Shown piece after piece: positions 26,901-37,805 of a stretch of DNA of 64,000 bases. The stretch spans positions 32,001 through 96,000 of the forward strand of contig CAVPPB010000002.1 in the NCBI GenBank assembly GCA_963707215.1. The letters run 5' to 3'. Each line of letters opens with the position of its first letter. Position 1 is the stretch's first letter. The DNA comes from an uncultured Chloroflexia bacterium (GTDB lineage Bacteria > Chloroflexota > Limnocylindria > Limnocylindrales > CSP1-4). The notes beneath the pieces are model-generated. The model had not been told where the DNA came from, did not search any database, and saw only the letters and a list, made by a program, of their open reading frames with translations. The position numbers were made by a program, and so were the translations under genes.

Positions 26901-29186
26901 GAGTCCCAGGACGGCGGCTGGACCCTCGTCGGGGACATGCTCGAATTCGGCCCGCAGGATCTCATCGCGGGCGCCAGCTCGTCGGTCCACGTCGTTCGCG
27001 ACACGACCGCCGAGGACTGTGGCCTCGTCGAGAACACCGTCCAGGTCACCGCCGGCAACGAGCCGGTGGCTGCCCAGGGCAACAACAGCGCCAACGACTC
27101 GCTCACCGTCAACTGCCCGGACGTCGTCGTCGAGAAGACGGCTGACACCAGCCCGGTCAGCGCGGGCGAGGCGGCTTCGTTCACCATCGAGGTCTGGAAC
27201 GACGGCCCGGGCATGGCCTATGGCGTCACCCTGACCGACGATCTGCCGACCGGTGTGGCCTGGACGATCGACGCGACCGATCCGGCCGGCCTCGACTGCT
27301 CCATCATCGACGGCACTCTCTCCTGCAACCTGGGCGACCTCGCGCCAGGCCGCGGCGAGAACAGCGTCTTCATCCAGGTGGCTGGCGAGACCGACCTCGA
27401 GGACTGCGGGTCGCTCGACAACCTCGCCGAGGTCTCGGCCACCAACGAGCCACAGGCGGCCCTCGGGAACAACACCGATGACGCCTCGGTCATCGTGAAC
27501 TGCCCCGATCTGGGCATCTCCAAGACGGCTGATGCCCAGGCCGTCAGCGCCGGCGACCCGATCGGGTTCACGGTCATGATCGCCAACAACGGCGAGGGTA
27601 CGGCCTTCGACGTCAGCGTCGACGACACCCTGCCCGCCGGCTTCGCCTGGACCATCGAGTCCCAGGACGGCGGCTGGTCGATCGCCGGTGGCAACCTGAC
27701 CTGGGGCCCGGCCGACCTGGCCGCTGGCGCCACCTCCTCGGTCCACATCGTGGCCGACACGGCCTACGAGGCCTGCGGCCTCGTGCCGAACACGGCCTCC
27801 ATCTACCTCGACGGTGAATTCGTGGCCGACGACTCGGCCGCGGTCACCATCGAGTGCCCGGTCCTCTCGATCGTCAAGACGGCCGATGCCGAGACGGTCA
27901 ACGCCGGCGACGCCATCGGCTTCACCATCACCGTCAGCAACGCCGGCCCCGGCGTCGCCAAGGACGTCGAGTTGAACGACCCGCTGCCCGCGGGCGTCAC
28001 CTGGACGGTCGACGGCGGCGCGGACGCGGCCGACTGCTCGATCACCGACGGCGACCTGACCTGCGACTTCGGCGATCTCGCCGCGGGCGCCAGCGCCGAG
28101 GTCCATGTCGGTGCCACCACCAGCGCCGAGGCCTGCTCCGTCTACGACAACACGGCCACGGCTTCCGCCAGCAACCACCCCGACGTCGACGACGACGCGG
28201 TCATCACCTGCGACCTGTCGATCATCGGCATCACCAAGACGGCCGACGCTGCAAGCGTCCTGGCCGGCGACCCGATCGGCTTCGTCGTGACGGTCACCAA
28301 CACCGGCGCCGGCACCGCGTACGGGGTCAAGGTGAGCGACCCGCTGCCTGCGGGCGTGACCTGGTCCATCGATGCCGCCAATAGCGACGATGGCTGGACC
28401 ATCGCCGACGGCACCCTGAGCTATGGCGGCGCCGAAGGCGTCTCCCTGGCCGCGGGAGCTTCGGTCACGGTCCACGTCACCGCCCCGACCACCCGTGAAG
28501 ACTGTGGCGTCGTGGACAACACGGCCACCGTCACCACGACCAACGACGGGTCGGACTCCGCGAGCGCCTCGCTCACGGTCGTCTGCCCGGTGCTCACCCT
28601 CGACAAGGAGAACGACGCCCCGGTCGAGACGATCGACCTCGGCGACGGCAACGTCATCGAGCTGCCGACCGCCGGCGAGGGCGACACGGTCACCTACACC
28701 CTCGACTACACACTGGTCGACGGGCCGGTCACCGACGGCGTCCTCACCGACGTCCTGCCGGTCGGCGTGGAGTACGTCGACGGCACCGCCCAGGGCAACG
28801 ACGAGTTCAGCTTCGTCAGCTATGACGCGGCGACCCGGACCCTGCTCTGGGAGGCGGCCACGGTCACCCAGAACGGCACCGTGAGCTACGACGTCGTCGT
28901 CCAGGACGGCGCGGCCGAGCTCGCCCAGCCGCTCGTCAACGTGGCCGAGATCAGCTCCAAGCAGACGCCGCCCGACGGCGCGACGTCGAATGTCTTCGTC
29001 AACCCGCCTCCGCAGGTCCTCACCCCGCCGCCGACCGACACGTTCGGAGAGGCTCCGCAGGGCGGCAGCAACGTCGGGTTCGTCCTGATGCTGATCCTGC
29101 TCCTGCTCGCCGGCGCCGCGGTCCTGACGGGGTTCGTGACCCCGGTCCCGGCCCGGATCCGCAACACCCGGGAGGACGGCCGCTAG
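23988..29186 (+). CDS. Large surface adhesin-like protein (~1730 aa): N-terminal signal, ~270-aa tip domain, Ig-like domain, ~10 DUF11-type repeats, TPPPTD motif, TM, Arg-rich tail
   Basis: Repeats 'xKTA...AGDxIxFTxxVxNxGxGxA..V..xDxLP...N.A.V...V.CP'; GGAGG before ATG 23988. Confidence 0.9.
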   Translation: MSGGLWRYMSARTRRSVVFVWSALFVFSLGLQYLNLASPASVLAVHDEGLFELDGDATNSGSPGDDWDLVYNGTSSADDTFFVNDPVDDQNDDSFTGGSTKDDLPISGWLWKEAKASQAKNDIVNAFAAAYTQGGNTYAYFGLTKWEASGDNFVGFWFLKNAIGKSGAGTPPGSPFSGNHSVGDVLVLANYTNGGAIADFEIFEWVGSGGSVNGTLNLIDLGVPCDLPGADEACGTTNADYETAPWPFQGRNEAAGQFPPGTFFEGGINLTALGLDDACFTGIVAETRSSQSVDATLSDFALGNFNTCQPPTIETQVIDDQGASLGSLGTINVGETVSDRVTVGGPLGLASGTVDFFLCGPAQSVPDCSTGGTAAGSSVLAGGQGVSSPFTADSPSDVGFYCYRAEYTPAQGSKYLAGSHTNQTTECFQVIPAQVTILKTAGSSPVNAGDDISFTLSWGNSGPGTATGVVVTDTLPTTGGLDWTIDGFTGTGSTCSIVDNVLSCNVGTIPGNTAESGTVTVSSATSPDACGIVDNTGEITSLNDGTAQSSAQITVNCPDVTVTKTAETTPVNAGDEIAFAIEVENLGPGVAYGVTLSDTLPGGFTWSEDSDDCEIAAGVLSCDFGDLAAGETRTVTVSASTDAEDCATIPNTATVAATNEPSSATGNNSDNDAIVVNCPDVTVTKTADEGPFSAGDEIGFTVTISNIGAGTAYTAFAADPLPGSGWSIESQDGGWTLVGDMLEFGPQDLIAGASSSVHVVRDTTAEDCGLVENTVQVTAGNEPVAAQGNNSANDSLTVNCPDVTVTKTAETTPVNAGDEIAFAIEVENLGPGVAYGVTLSDTLPGGFTWSEDSDDCEIAAGVLSCDFGDLAAGETRTVTVSASTDAEDCATIPNTATVAATNEPSSATGNNSDNDAIVVNCPDVTVTKTADEGPFSAGDEIGFTVTISNIGAGTAYTAFAADPLPGSGWSIESQDGGWTLVGDMLEFGPQDLIAGASSSVHVVRDTTAEDCGLVENTVQVTAGNEPVAAQGNNSANDSLTVNCPDVVVEKTADTSPVSAGEAASFTIEVWNDGPGMAYGVTLTDDLPTGVAWTIDATDPAGLDCSIIDGTLSCNLGDLAPGRGENSVFIQVAGETDLEDCGSLDNLAEVSATNEPQAALGNNTDDASVIVNCPDLGISKTADAQAVSAGDPIGFTVMIANNGEGTAFDVSVDDTLPAGFAWTIESQDGGWSIAGGNLTWGPADLAAGATSSVHIVADTAYEACGLVPNTASIYLDGEFVADDSAAVTIECPVLSIVKTADAETVNAGDAIGFTITVSNAGPGVAKDVELNDPLPAGVTWTVDGGADAADCSITDGDLTCDFGDLAAGASAEVHVGATTSAEACSVYDNTATASASNHPDVDDDAVITCDLSIIGITKTADAASVLAGDPIGFVVTVTNTGAGTAYGVKVSDPLPAGVTWSIDAANSDDGWTIADGTLSYGGAEGVSLAAGASVTVHVTAPTTREDCGVVDNTATVTTTNDGSDSASASLTVVCPVLTLDKENDAPVETIDLGDGNVIELPTAGEGDTVTYTLDYTLVDGPVTDGVLTDVLPVGVEYVDGTAQGNDEFSFVSYDAATRTLLWEAATVTQNGTVSYDVVVQDGAAELAQPLVNVAEISSKQTPPDGATSNVFVNPPPQVLTPPPTDTFGEAPQGGSNVGFVLMLILLLLAGAAVLTGFVTPVPARIRNTREDGR
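25645..27124 (+). repeat. Apparently exact 729-bp tandem duplication (two DUF11 domains per unit)
   Basis: Sequence at 25645 recurs at 26374, and the junction recurs at 27103; identical spurious ORFs at 25792/26521 are offset by 729. Confidence 0.93.
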
Positions 29187-29203
29187 GCCCGAGCTCCCAC
29201 CAG

Positions 29204-29362
29204 CAGGGCCCGGCGCTCCGTCGCCGGGCCCGGTGAACCCAGGGGTCCCCGAGACCCGGACGGGGCGCGCCGCCCCCGCGGCGTGCCCCGTCCTGAGTCC
29301 GAGCGCACGAGCGCTGTTCCGAGTGCTCGAGACCGGGGTGCGGGTCGTCCGCACCCCGGTCC
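29204..29362 (+). terminator. Cluster of GC-rich hairpins after the adhesin gene (terminator / mRNA stabiliser)
   Basis: GGGCCCGGCG..CGCCGGGCCC; GGACGGGGCGCGCCGC..GCGGCGTGCCCCGTCC; GACCGGGGTGCGG..CCGCACCCCGGTC. Confidence 0.6.
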
Positions 29363-29613
29363 TCGTACGTCCCGCGGATACGGAAAGGCGGTTCGGTCTG
29401 GTTCGCACTGGTCCAGGGGCGTCCCGAGAGGTAGCATGCTGGTCCGCGGCCATCGTCGCCGGCCGCGGGACCGGGCCGAGCGCGTTCGATCCGGCCACCG
29501 GTCTCGGGGTCGATGCCCATCGTCTCCGAGGGGACTCGTCGGCGTCGCACGACGCCGCGACTGGCCGGGCCTGCCGTGGATCGGCTGGCTTCGGATCCGG
29601 AGGGACCGTCGCA

Positions 29614-30491
29614 TGACACGGGGCACCGTGGACAGGCGGCCCAGCCGAGGGCCTTTCCTCGGCCGCGTCGCGCTGCTCCTCGTTTCGATCGGTCTGCTGA
29701 GCCTGTCGCTGGTCGGTCCGGCAGAAGCGCTGGCCGCATCGGTCGAGCCGGTGACCTCGCTCCAGGACGACCGGCTTGCCGGGAACCCGACCTGCGCCGA
29801 GATCGCCGCGTGGTACGGCGGCGGGCAGAGCTGGTCCGGCGCGAAGATCGACCGGGAGCCCGCGCCCGGCACCTACGAGTTCGGAGCCGGCAGGTCGATC
29901 ACGATCAGCGGCTGGGATCCGACGACCGGCACGCTCGACTGGACCTCGACGTTCGGGGTCGACGCAGTGCTCTTCAAGGCCGGCCAGGGCAACGGCGGAT
30001 TCAACACCCTGTACGTCTACGCGCCGACCGCGGCTTCCGTCGAATCGCTCGGCGACACCGGCCTCAGGTCACTGTCGCCGACCGGCGTCAGCCACGTCGA
30101 CTTCTGCTGGGATACGGGAGCGCCGAGCCCGAGCCCATCGCCCGAGGCCAGCCTCCAGCCGAGCGCCTCCCCCGGAGCGAGCCCGAGCCCATCGCCCGAG
30201 GCCAGCCTCCAGCCGAGCGCCTCCCCCGGAGCGAGCCCGAGCCCATCGCCCGAGGCCAGCAGCGGACCCGTCGGATCACCCGAGGCGCCAGCTTCGCCGA
30301 GCCCGAGCCCGACCGGCGGGGTCCTGCCGGCGGTCGTGTCGCCTGCCGTCACGCCGCCGCCCACGGACGACGTGATCATCATCGGCACGCCGGATCGGTC
30401 GCCCGCCTGGCTTGCCGCCCTTGCCGTCGGGCTGGCCTCCCTCGCCGCCCTTGCGGTCGCGATTCGCCGACGTTCCCGTCAGACCGGATGA
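29614..30491 (+). CDS. Secreted/surface protein B, paralog of 22355-23638: short Ser-Pro stalk, TPPPTD, TM, RRR tail
   Basis: GGAGG before ATG 29614; 'SVEPVTSLQDDRLAGNPTC...SHVDFCWD'; 54-bp direct repeat in the stalk. Confidence 0.87.
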
Positions 30492-30545
30492 GCTGGTCGC
30501 CAGGCGATCCGCTGGCCCCGCGGACCTTGGCGCCGGCCCGGGACG

Positions 30546-31295
30546 CTAGACCGTGATCCGGTCCCCTGGCCAGACGAAGCGGACGTTGCCGTCCCAGCGC
30601 TCGCGGACCGCGGCGATCGTCGCGTCGGGGTCGTAGCCCATCTGAAGGTGGGTCAGGAGGATCCGGCCTGGGTCGGTCCTCGCCGCCAGCTCGCCGATCG
30701 CCCCGCCGTCGAGATGGAGCTCGTCCACCGGCACCGGTCCCGGTCCGAATGACACCTCGGTCAGCAGCGTGTCGCCCGGCCGGACCAGCGGGGCGAGGTC
30801 CATCGCCTGACCGCAGTCGCCCGAGTAGACGAGCCCGGGGCCGTCCGCTCCGTCCACCGTGACACGGAAGGCGTGGCTGTCGGGTGTGTGGGTGACCCGG
30901 ACCGCATCGAGACGGAACGGCCCGATCGACCACTGCCCCACCCGCAGGGGCTCGAGGTCGAGAGAGGCGGCGAAGAAACCGTCGCTCGCGTGGAGCGCGT
31001 CGATTCGCCGATCGAGGTCGACCGGTCCGTGGATCGTGAGTCGACGCGAGGGCTTGAACTCGTAGCAGAGGTAGTGGCGGAGCGACACCAGGTCGATGTG
31101 GTGGTCGGGGTGAAGGTGGCTGATGACCACGCCATCGAGTCGGCTCGGCTCGACCAGCCCGAACAGGGTCGGCAGGATCCCCTGTCCGAAGTCCAGGACG
31201 ATGGAGGCGCCGGCGGCCTGGAGCAGGTAGGCGGAGCCGAGGGCACCCGGGCGGTCCGTGTAGGCGGGACCGGCCCCGATGACGATCAGCTCCAT
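30546..31295 (-). CDS. MBL-fold hydrolase (RNase Z / cAMP phosphodiesterase-like)
   Basis: 'ISHLHPDHHID' (HxHxDH), 'LVYSGD', 'LLTHL'. Confidence 0.9.
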   Translation of the reverse strand: MELIVIGAGPAYTDRPGALGSAYLLQAAGASIVLDFGQGILPTLFGLVEPSRLDGVVISHLHPDHHIDLVSLRHYLCYEFKPSRRLTIHGPVDLDRRIDALHASDGFFAASLDLEPLRVGQWSIGPFRLDAVRVTHTPDSHAFRVTVDGADGPGLVYSGDCGQAMDLAPLVRPGDTLLTEVSFGPGPVPVDELHLDGGAIGELAARTDPGRILLTHLQMGYDPDATIAAVRERWDGNVRFVWPGDRITV

Positions 31296-31380
31296 GCCGG
31301 CGTCGGATCCATGGGCGGCAGACTACCGCAGGTCGGAGGCGTCGGGTGGATGGTCCGGCGCCGACCGGATCGCGTCGCCG

Positions 31381-32187
31381 CTACGGGACGGGGACTTCCG
31401 ACGGCTTGCCCGGGGGTTCCGACGGCTTGCCGGGCGGCTGCGACGGCTTGCCCGGGGGTTCCGACGGCTTGCCGGGCGGCTGCGACGGCTTGCCCGGGGG
31501 TTCCGACGGCTTGCCGGGCGGCTGCGACGGCTTGCCGGGCTCGACCTCGCGGAGCCGGTCGAGGACCTGGCCCGAGCGCTCGATGGCGTTGCGGAGACCC
31601 GGCAGGGCAGCTTGCGGCGCCGCGTCCAGGAGGCCCTCCAGGACGGCCAGGTGGGCCGCCACGCTCGCCTCGATCGCGGCCAGGGACCCAGGGTCGGCCT
31701 CGGCAGCGCCCAGCGCGTCATCGAGCTCGTCGACATAGGCATCCAGGATCGCCACCGCGGCACCCTCGTTGCGGACCACGAGGGCGGCGAGCATCTCGTC
31801 GAACCGGTCGTCGAGCTGGTCCAGCTGGGCCTCGGCGCGCAGCCCGGGATCGGCCGGCACCAGCGCCTCCTCGACCCAGAGTCGAGCGCCGTAGAGCGGG
31901 CCACCCGGCGCCGTCGCGGCGAGGGCGCCGCCAGCGATGACGAGGACGGCGGCGACCCCGAGCAGGGTCGCGGAGATGCGTCGCCGCTGCCCCCACCGGA
32001 CCGTGGAGGCGCTGGCGAGGACAGCGTCGGGGGTCTGGTGCTCCATGCCGGCCGCGCGTGCCACGAGTCGGGCCCGGACCATGCGCGCGGCAGACGGGTC
32101 GGGCCGCAGACGCCTCTCGGCGTACAGCTCGAGCAGCTCCTCGACCTCCCGGTCGTCAGGGATGCGGTCGCCCGCTCCGTCGTTCAT
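31381..32187 (-). CDS. Probable membrane anti-sigma factor (DUF5667-like extracellular domain, Pro-rich repeat tail)
   Basis: Coupled to the ECF sigma gene (ATGA overlap); single TM then 'PGGPLYGARLWVE'. Confidence 0.75.
   Translation of the reverse strand: MNDGAGDRIPDDREVEELLELYAERRLRPDPSAARMVRARLVARAAGMEHQTPDAVLASASTVRWGQRRRISATLLGVAAVLVIAGGALAATAPGGPLYGARLWVEEALVPADPGLRAEAQLDQLDDRFDEMLAALVVRNEGAAVAILDAYVDELDDALGAAEADPGSLAAIEASVAAHLAVLEGLLDAAPQAALPGLRNAIERSGQVLDRLREVEPGKPSQPPGKPSEPPGKPSQPPGKPSEPPGKPSQPPGKPSEPPGKPSEVPVP
31396..31539 (-). repeat. Coding 21-bp tandem repeat x7 (PGKPS[Q/E]P)
   Basis: CGACGGCTTGCC core every 21 nt from 31399 to 31525. Confidence 0.95.
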
Positions 32188-32780
32188 CGCTCGCCCGTCC
32201 GTTCGATCCCGCCGCCCGGCTCCTCGCCGGTCGGCACGTCCAGCCCCAGTCGCCGCCGTAGGGCGGCGATCCCCCGGAACTGCAACCCCCGGATCGTCCC
32301 TTCCTGCTTGCCCATCGCGACCGCGGCCTCCCGGGCCGAGAGGCCCGCGAAGAACCGCAGGGCGATGGCGTCGCGCTGCTCGTCCGTCAACTCGGTGAGC
32401 GCTCGGGCCACGTCGTCGAGCGCCTCACGCATCGCCGCGATGTCGTCCGGCCCGTCATCGTCGCCGGGCCGTTCGGCCAGCGCCTCCAGGTCGACGTGGT
32501 CACGCCTGGTGCGCGCGTGGTCGATGATCGTGTTCCTGGCCAGCCGGAACAGCCAGCCCCCGAAGGGAGCGCCGCGAGCCTCGTAGCGTGGCAGCGCCTC
32601 CAGGGCCTTGACGAAGACGAGCTGCGTCAGGTCCTCCGCGTCCGCCGGGCGTCCGACGCGGCTGGCGACGAAGCGATAGAGGGGGTCGTGGTAGTGGTCG
32701 AAGATCCTGCCGAACGCCTCGGCGTCGCCAGCCTGCGCCTGCTCCACGAGCCGCTGGATCGCGGCGTCGTCGATGGACAT
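32184..32780 (-). CDS. ECF RNA polymerase sigma-70 factor
   Basis: 'GDAEAFGRIFDHY', 'DAEDLTQLVF', 'WLFRLARNTIIDH', region 4 'LSAREAAVAMGKQEGTIR'. Confidence 0.95.
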   Translation of the reverse strand: MSIDDAAIQRLVEQAQAGDAEAFGRIFDHYHDPLYRFVASRVGRPADAEDLTQLVFVKALEALPRYEARGAPFGGWLFRLARNTIIDHARTRRDHVDLEALAERPGDDDGPDDIAAMREALDDVARALTELTDEQRDAIALRFFAGLSAREAAVAMGKQEGTIRGLQFRGIAALRRRLGLDVPTGEEPGGGIERTGER

Positions 32781-32801
32781 AACGAACCCGCCCCCCCGGC
32801 G

Positions 32802-33649
32802 TTAGGCGTTCCGTGTCGCAAGGGGGAGCCGCACCGACTCGTCCCCGCGGCGGAAGTGGAGTTCTTCGAAGCCGGCCGATGCGGCCAGGCGGTAGCCGTC
32901 GCCGAGGAACGCGCCGAAGCTATGGAGCCGGTGGGCATCCGAGCCGATCGTGATCCGCTGGCCCCCGAGCTCGCGGAAGCGAGCCACGGCCCAGGGAGCC
33001 GGGTAGGTCTCGTGGGCCACCTGGCGGAGCCCGCTGGTGTTGATCTCGAGGCCGGTCCCGACCTCCACGAGCGCCTCCAGGATCGGCTCGTACAGCTCGG
33101 GCGCCGACGCCAGCTGTGCCGGCTCCACGTGCGGCACGAGATAGCGCTTCACGAAGTCGAGGTGGCCGAGGGCATCGAACATCCCGCTCCGGGCCGCCGC
33201 CAGGACCTCGCCGAAGTACGGCTCCAGGATCTCGGGGAGGGACCGTCCGGCCACGAAGGCCGCGACCCGCGACGCCTCGTAGGGGGAGCCTGCCATCACG
33301 TGGACCGAGCCGATGACGAAGTCGTACGCGTGCCCGGCGAGGTGCTCCCGGATGTCCCTCTCGTGGCGCGCCTGGTAGGTGATCTCGACCCCGAAGCGGA
33401 TGGCAACACGGTCGGCCCATCGCGCGGCCGCCTCCCGGACGACGTGCTCGCGCTCGGAGAAGGTGGCGAACCCATAGGCCGGGGCGCCCGGCTCGAAGTC
33501 GAGGTGGTCGGTGATGGCCAGCTCGGCGACCCCGCGCTCGATCGCCATGGCCGCATAGACGTCGAGGTCGGCGTCGGCGTCGGGCGACAGCTTGGTGTGG
33601 AGGTGGGCGTCGAGGGGCAGGTCCCGGTCGCCCGGGCGCGAGCCGGCCG

Positions 33650-33653
<4 letters not shown>
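32802..33653 (-). CDS. PHP-domain histidinol-phosphatase (HisJ/HisK family)
   Basis: 'DAHLHT', 'ITDHLD', 'DFVIGSVH', 'GHLDF', 'LEINTSG', 'GSDAH'. Confidence 0.88.
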
Positions 33654-34878
<1,225 letters not shown>

Positions 34879-34882
<4 letters not shown>

Positions 34883-35907
34883 GCGCTCCAATCCATGATG
34901 ACCTTGCCGGACTCGCCGGAGCGGGCGGCCGCGAAGGCCGCCTCGAACTCCCTGAACGGGAAGCGGTGGGTGATCGCCGGCCGGATGTCCAGGCCGGACT
35001 GGACCATGACCGTCATCTTGTACCAGGTCTCATACATCTCACGACCGTAGATGCCCTTCAGGGTGAGCATCTTGAAGATGACCTCGTCGAGGTCCAGCGA
35101 GAGCTCCTCGGTCGGGATGCCGAGCTGGGCCAGGCTACCCCCGTGGGCCATGTTGGCGATGGCCGTCCGGATCGCCTCCGACACCCCCGACATCTCGAGG
35201 ACGACGTCGAACCCCTCGACCATCCCCAGCTCGCGCTGGACGTCGCCGAGGTCGGTCTCGCGGGGATCGACCGCGACCGACGCCCCCATGCGCAGGGCCA
35301 GCTCCCGGCGGAAGGGGTTCGGTTCGCTGACCACGACATGGCGCGCTCCGGCGTGACGGACCACCGCCGTCGCCATGAGGCCGATCGGACCGGCGCCCGA
35401 CACGAGGACGTCCTCGCCGAGGACCGGGAAGGCGAGCGCCGTGTGCACCGCGTTCCCGAACGGGTCGAAGATCGCCGCGACCTCCTCGTCGATGCCCGCC
35501 CAGTGGTGCCAGACGTTCGTCATCGGCAGGACCACGAACTCGGCGAAGGCGCCGTCGCGGCCGACGCCCAGACCGATGGAATGAGCGCACAGGTGCCGAC
35601 GACCGGCAAGGCAGTGGCGACAGCGCCCGCAGACCACGTGGCCCTCGCCACTGACCAGGTCGCCTGCCCGGAAGTCGCTGACGTTGGCCCCGACGTCGAC
35701 GATCTCACCGACGAACTCGTGGCCCACGATGAGCGGCGGCTCGATCGTCTTCGCAGCCCAGGGGTCCCAGGCCTCGATGTGGAGGTCGGTCCCGCAGATC
35801 CCCGTCTTGTGAACCTGCACCAGGACGTCGTTGATGCCGATCTCCGGCCGCGGGACCTCCTCGAGCCGGAGGCCGGGCCCTGCGGCCGTCTTCACGAGCG
35901 CGAGCAT
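34879..35907 (-). CDS. tdh: L-threonine 3-dehydrogenase
   Basis: 'GICGTDLHI', 'GHEFVG', '[15 protein letters not shown]', '[12 protein letters not shown]', '[14 protein letters not shown]'. Confidence 0.96.
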
Positions 35908-35927
35908 CAGACCGCCTCCTGTGAACC

Positions 35928-36884
35928 TCAGGCGAGCAGCTCCACGACCGGGTTGCCGACCCGCCCGATCCCCTCCGCCTCCACGACCACGCGGTCGCCC
36001 GGCCCCAGGAAGACCGGCGGGTCGCGGAAGACGCCGACGCCCGCCGGGGTCCCGGTGACCAGGAGGTCGCCGGGCTCGAGGGAGATGACCGCGCTGACGT
36101 ACGCGATCAGCTCGGGGATCCGGAAGATCATGTCGGCGGTCGTGCCGACCTGCATCGGGACCTCGCGTCCGGCATCGGGACCGGACCCCGGGATCCGCCA
36201 GGATCGTAGCGCCAGGCGGTTCGGGTCAGGCAGGTCCTCCGGTGTCACCATGACCGGGCCGATCGGCAGGAAGGTGTCGGAGCCCTTGGCCCGGAGCCAC
36301 TGACCGTCACCGCGCTGCCCGGGCGCCAGCGCCGCCTTGTTGCCCTGCCAGTCGCGGGCGGTGACGTCGTTGCAGACGACGTAGCCGGCGACGTGCTCCA
36401 TCGCTCGTTCGGCGGGGACCCGGCTGGCCGCCCGCCCGATGACGACGCCTAGCTCGACTTCGAGATCGAGCGCCGCCGTTCCGGGCGGTCGGACGATGGG
36501 CTCCCCGTCGCCGACGATGCTGTTGGCGAATTTGGCGAAGAGCGTCGGCCGATCAGGGGCGTCGATGCCCTGCTCCGCGCAGTGGTCGCGGTAGTTGAGG
36601 CCGATGCAGACGATCTTCCCGGCATCTTCGGGTTCGATGGCCGGCCGCGGCGCCCGCTCGGTCGGGTCGATCGGCCTGGCCCCGGCGGCAAGCGCCCGCT
36701 TCACGGCGCGGCGGACGCTGCGCTCCCAGCGCTCGTCGAGGCGGAGGTGCTGGACGAGACCGAGATGGGTCGGCAGCTGCAGCCCACCCCGCTTCTCGAG
36801 CTGGGCGCCGGTCAGCAGCCTGCCGTCGAGGAGGACGCCCCAGCGCGGATCCCCGAAACGGTCGAGGTAGGCGTGGAGGCGCAT
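35928..36884 (-). CDS. Fumarylacetoacetate hydrolase family protein
   Basis: '[12 protein letters not shown]', '[11 protein letters not shown]', 'NDVTARD', '[11 protein letters not shown]', 'TGTPAGVG'. Confidence 0.93.
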   Translation of the reverse strand: MRLHAYLDRFGDPRWGVLLDGRLLTGAQLEKRGGLQLPTHLGLVQHLRLDERWERSVRRAVKRALAAGARPIDPTERAPRPAIEPEDAGKIVCIGLNYRDHCAEQGIDAPDRPTLFAKFANSIVGDGEPIVRPPGTAALDLEVELGVVIGRAASRVPAERAMEHVAGYVVCNDVTARDWQGNKAALAPGQRGDGQWLRAKGSDTFLPIGPVMVTPEDLPDPNRLALRSWRIPGSGPDAGREVPMQVGTTADMIFRIPELIAYVSAVISLEPGDLLVTGTPAGVGVFRDPPVFLGPGDRVVVEAEGIGRVGNPVVELLA

Positions 36885-36899
36885 GCGGACCCCCCGTCC

Positions 36900-37646
36900 T
36901 CAGCCCGGGCTCGCCGAGGGCGACGGGCTGGGCGCGCACTGGGGTTCCGGTGCACCCTTCTCGGCCTCGGTGTCGAAGAACTCGAGCATCTCCGCGGTGT
37001 CGAGGTCGTCCTGGTACAGGACGCGACCCCAGAGCAGCGCGGCGTAGTCGTGCGGCATCTCCTCGAACCTGGCGATGACCGGCCCCTGCACCCCGGCGGG
37101 CAGCCCGCAGACCGGGCTGATCGGGAAGCTGGCGAGCATGGCCCGCAGGGCATCTTGCGCAGCCTCGTCGCACGACCCGTCACCACAGCGGTACAGGACG
37201 ACCATGCCGCCATGCTCGAGGTTGTGGATCCAGCCCTGCGGTGGGGCCTGGTCGCCGGGCCCGTAGTAGCGGGCGTCGATCGGCCCCTGGCCGGCGCGGT
37301 TGACGTGGGCGCCGGACGCCGGCGGGCAGTAGGTGTAGCGGACGAACTCACCGGCCTGGACGTGGTCGCGGGCCATGTCGTCCTGGGGCGCCCCGAGCCG
37401 ATCGGGGTCCTGGGCGCCCGCCGGCTGCCACTCGCTGGAGCAGGCATAGGTGGGTGATGAGGCGCCGACGAAGAGGATCGCGCCGACCACGACCACGACC
37501 GCCACGACGGCCGCTCCCAGGAGCAGGGTCCGATAGCGCTCGAAGAAGCTCACCTCGGTGGGGGCTCGTCGATCAGCGCGCCCTGCCCGGCGACCTGACG
37601 GTTTCGGGTCGGTGGCGCCAGCCCGGCGCCGCTCGGTCTTGCTCAC
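36900..37646 (-). CDS. DUF3105 family membrane-anchored protein
   Basis: N-terminal TM, 'PPASGAH', 'IHNLEHGGMVVLY'. Confidence 0.85.
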   Translation of the reverse strand: MSKTERRRAGATDPKPSGRRAGRADRRAPTEVSFFERYRTLLLGAAVVAVVVVVGAILFVGASSPTYACSSEWQPAGAQDPDRLGAPQDDMARDHVQAGEFVRYTYCPPASGAHVNRAGQGPIDARYYGPGDQAPPQGWIHNLEHGGMVVLYRCGDGSCDEAAQDALRAMLASFPISPVCGLPAGVQGPVIARFEEMPHDYAALLWGRVLYQDDLDTAEMLEFFDTEAEKGAPEPQCAPSPSPSASPG

Positions 37647-37805
37647 GCGTTTCCCTCATCGGAAGTGGATCCCCCGCGGAAGACGAGCGTCGCTCGCGGT
37701 GGACAGGACAGCTGCGACCGCGCAGATCGCGGTCGTCGGGGAAGGGTATCGCGGGTGGCCCGATGACGCGAGCGAGGCGCCGGGCGGGCTGGGCCGCTCG
37801 GCCGC

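Noticed and set aside
31396-31539. Regular short repeats as a possible CRISPR array
   Set aside because: Contiguous 21-bp coding repeats with no unique spacers and no cas genes.
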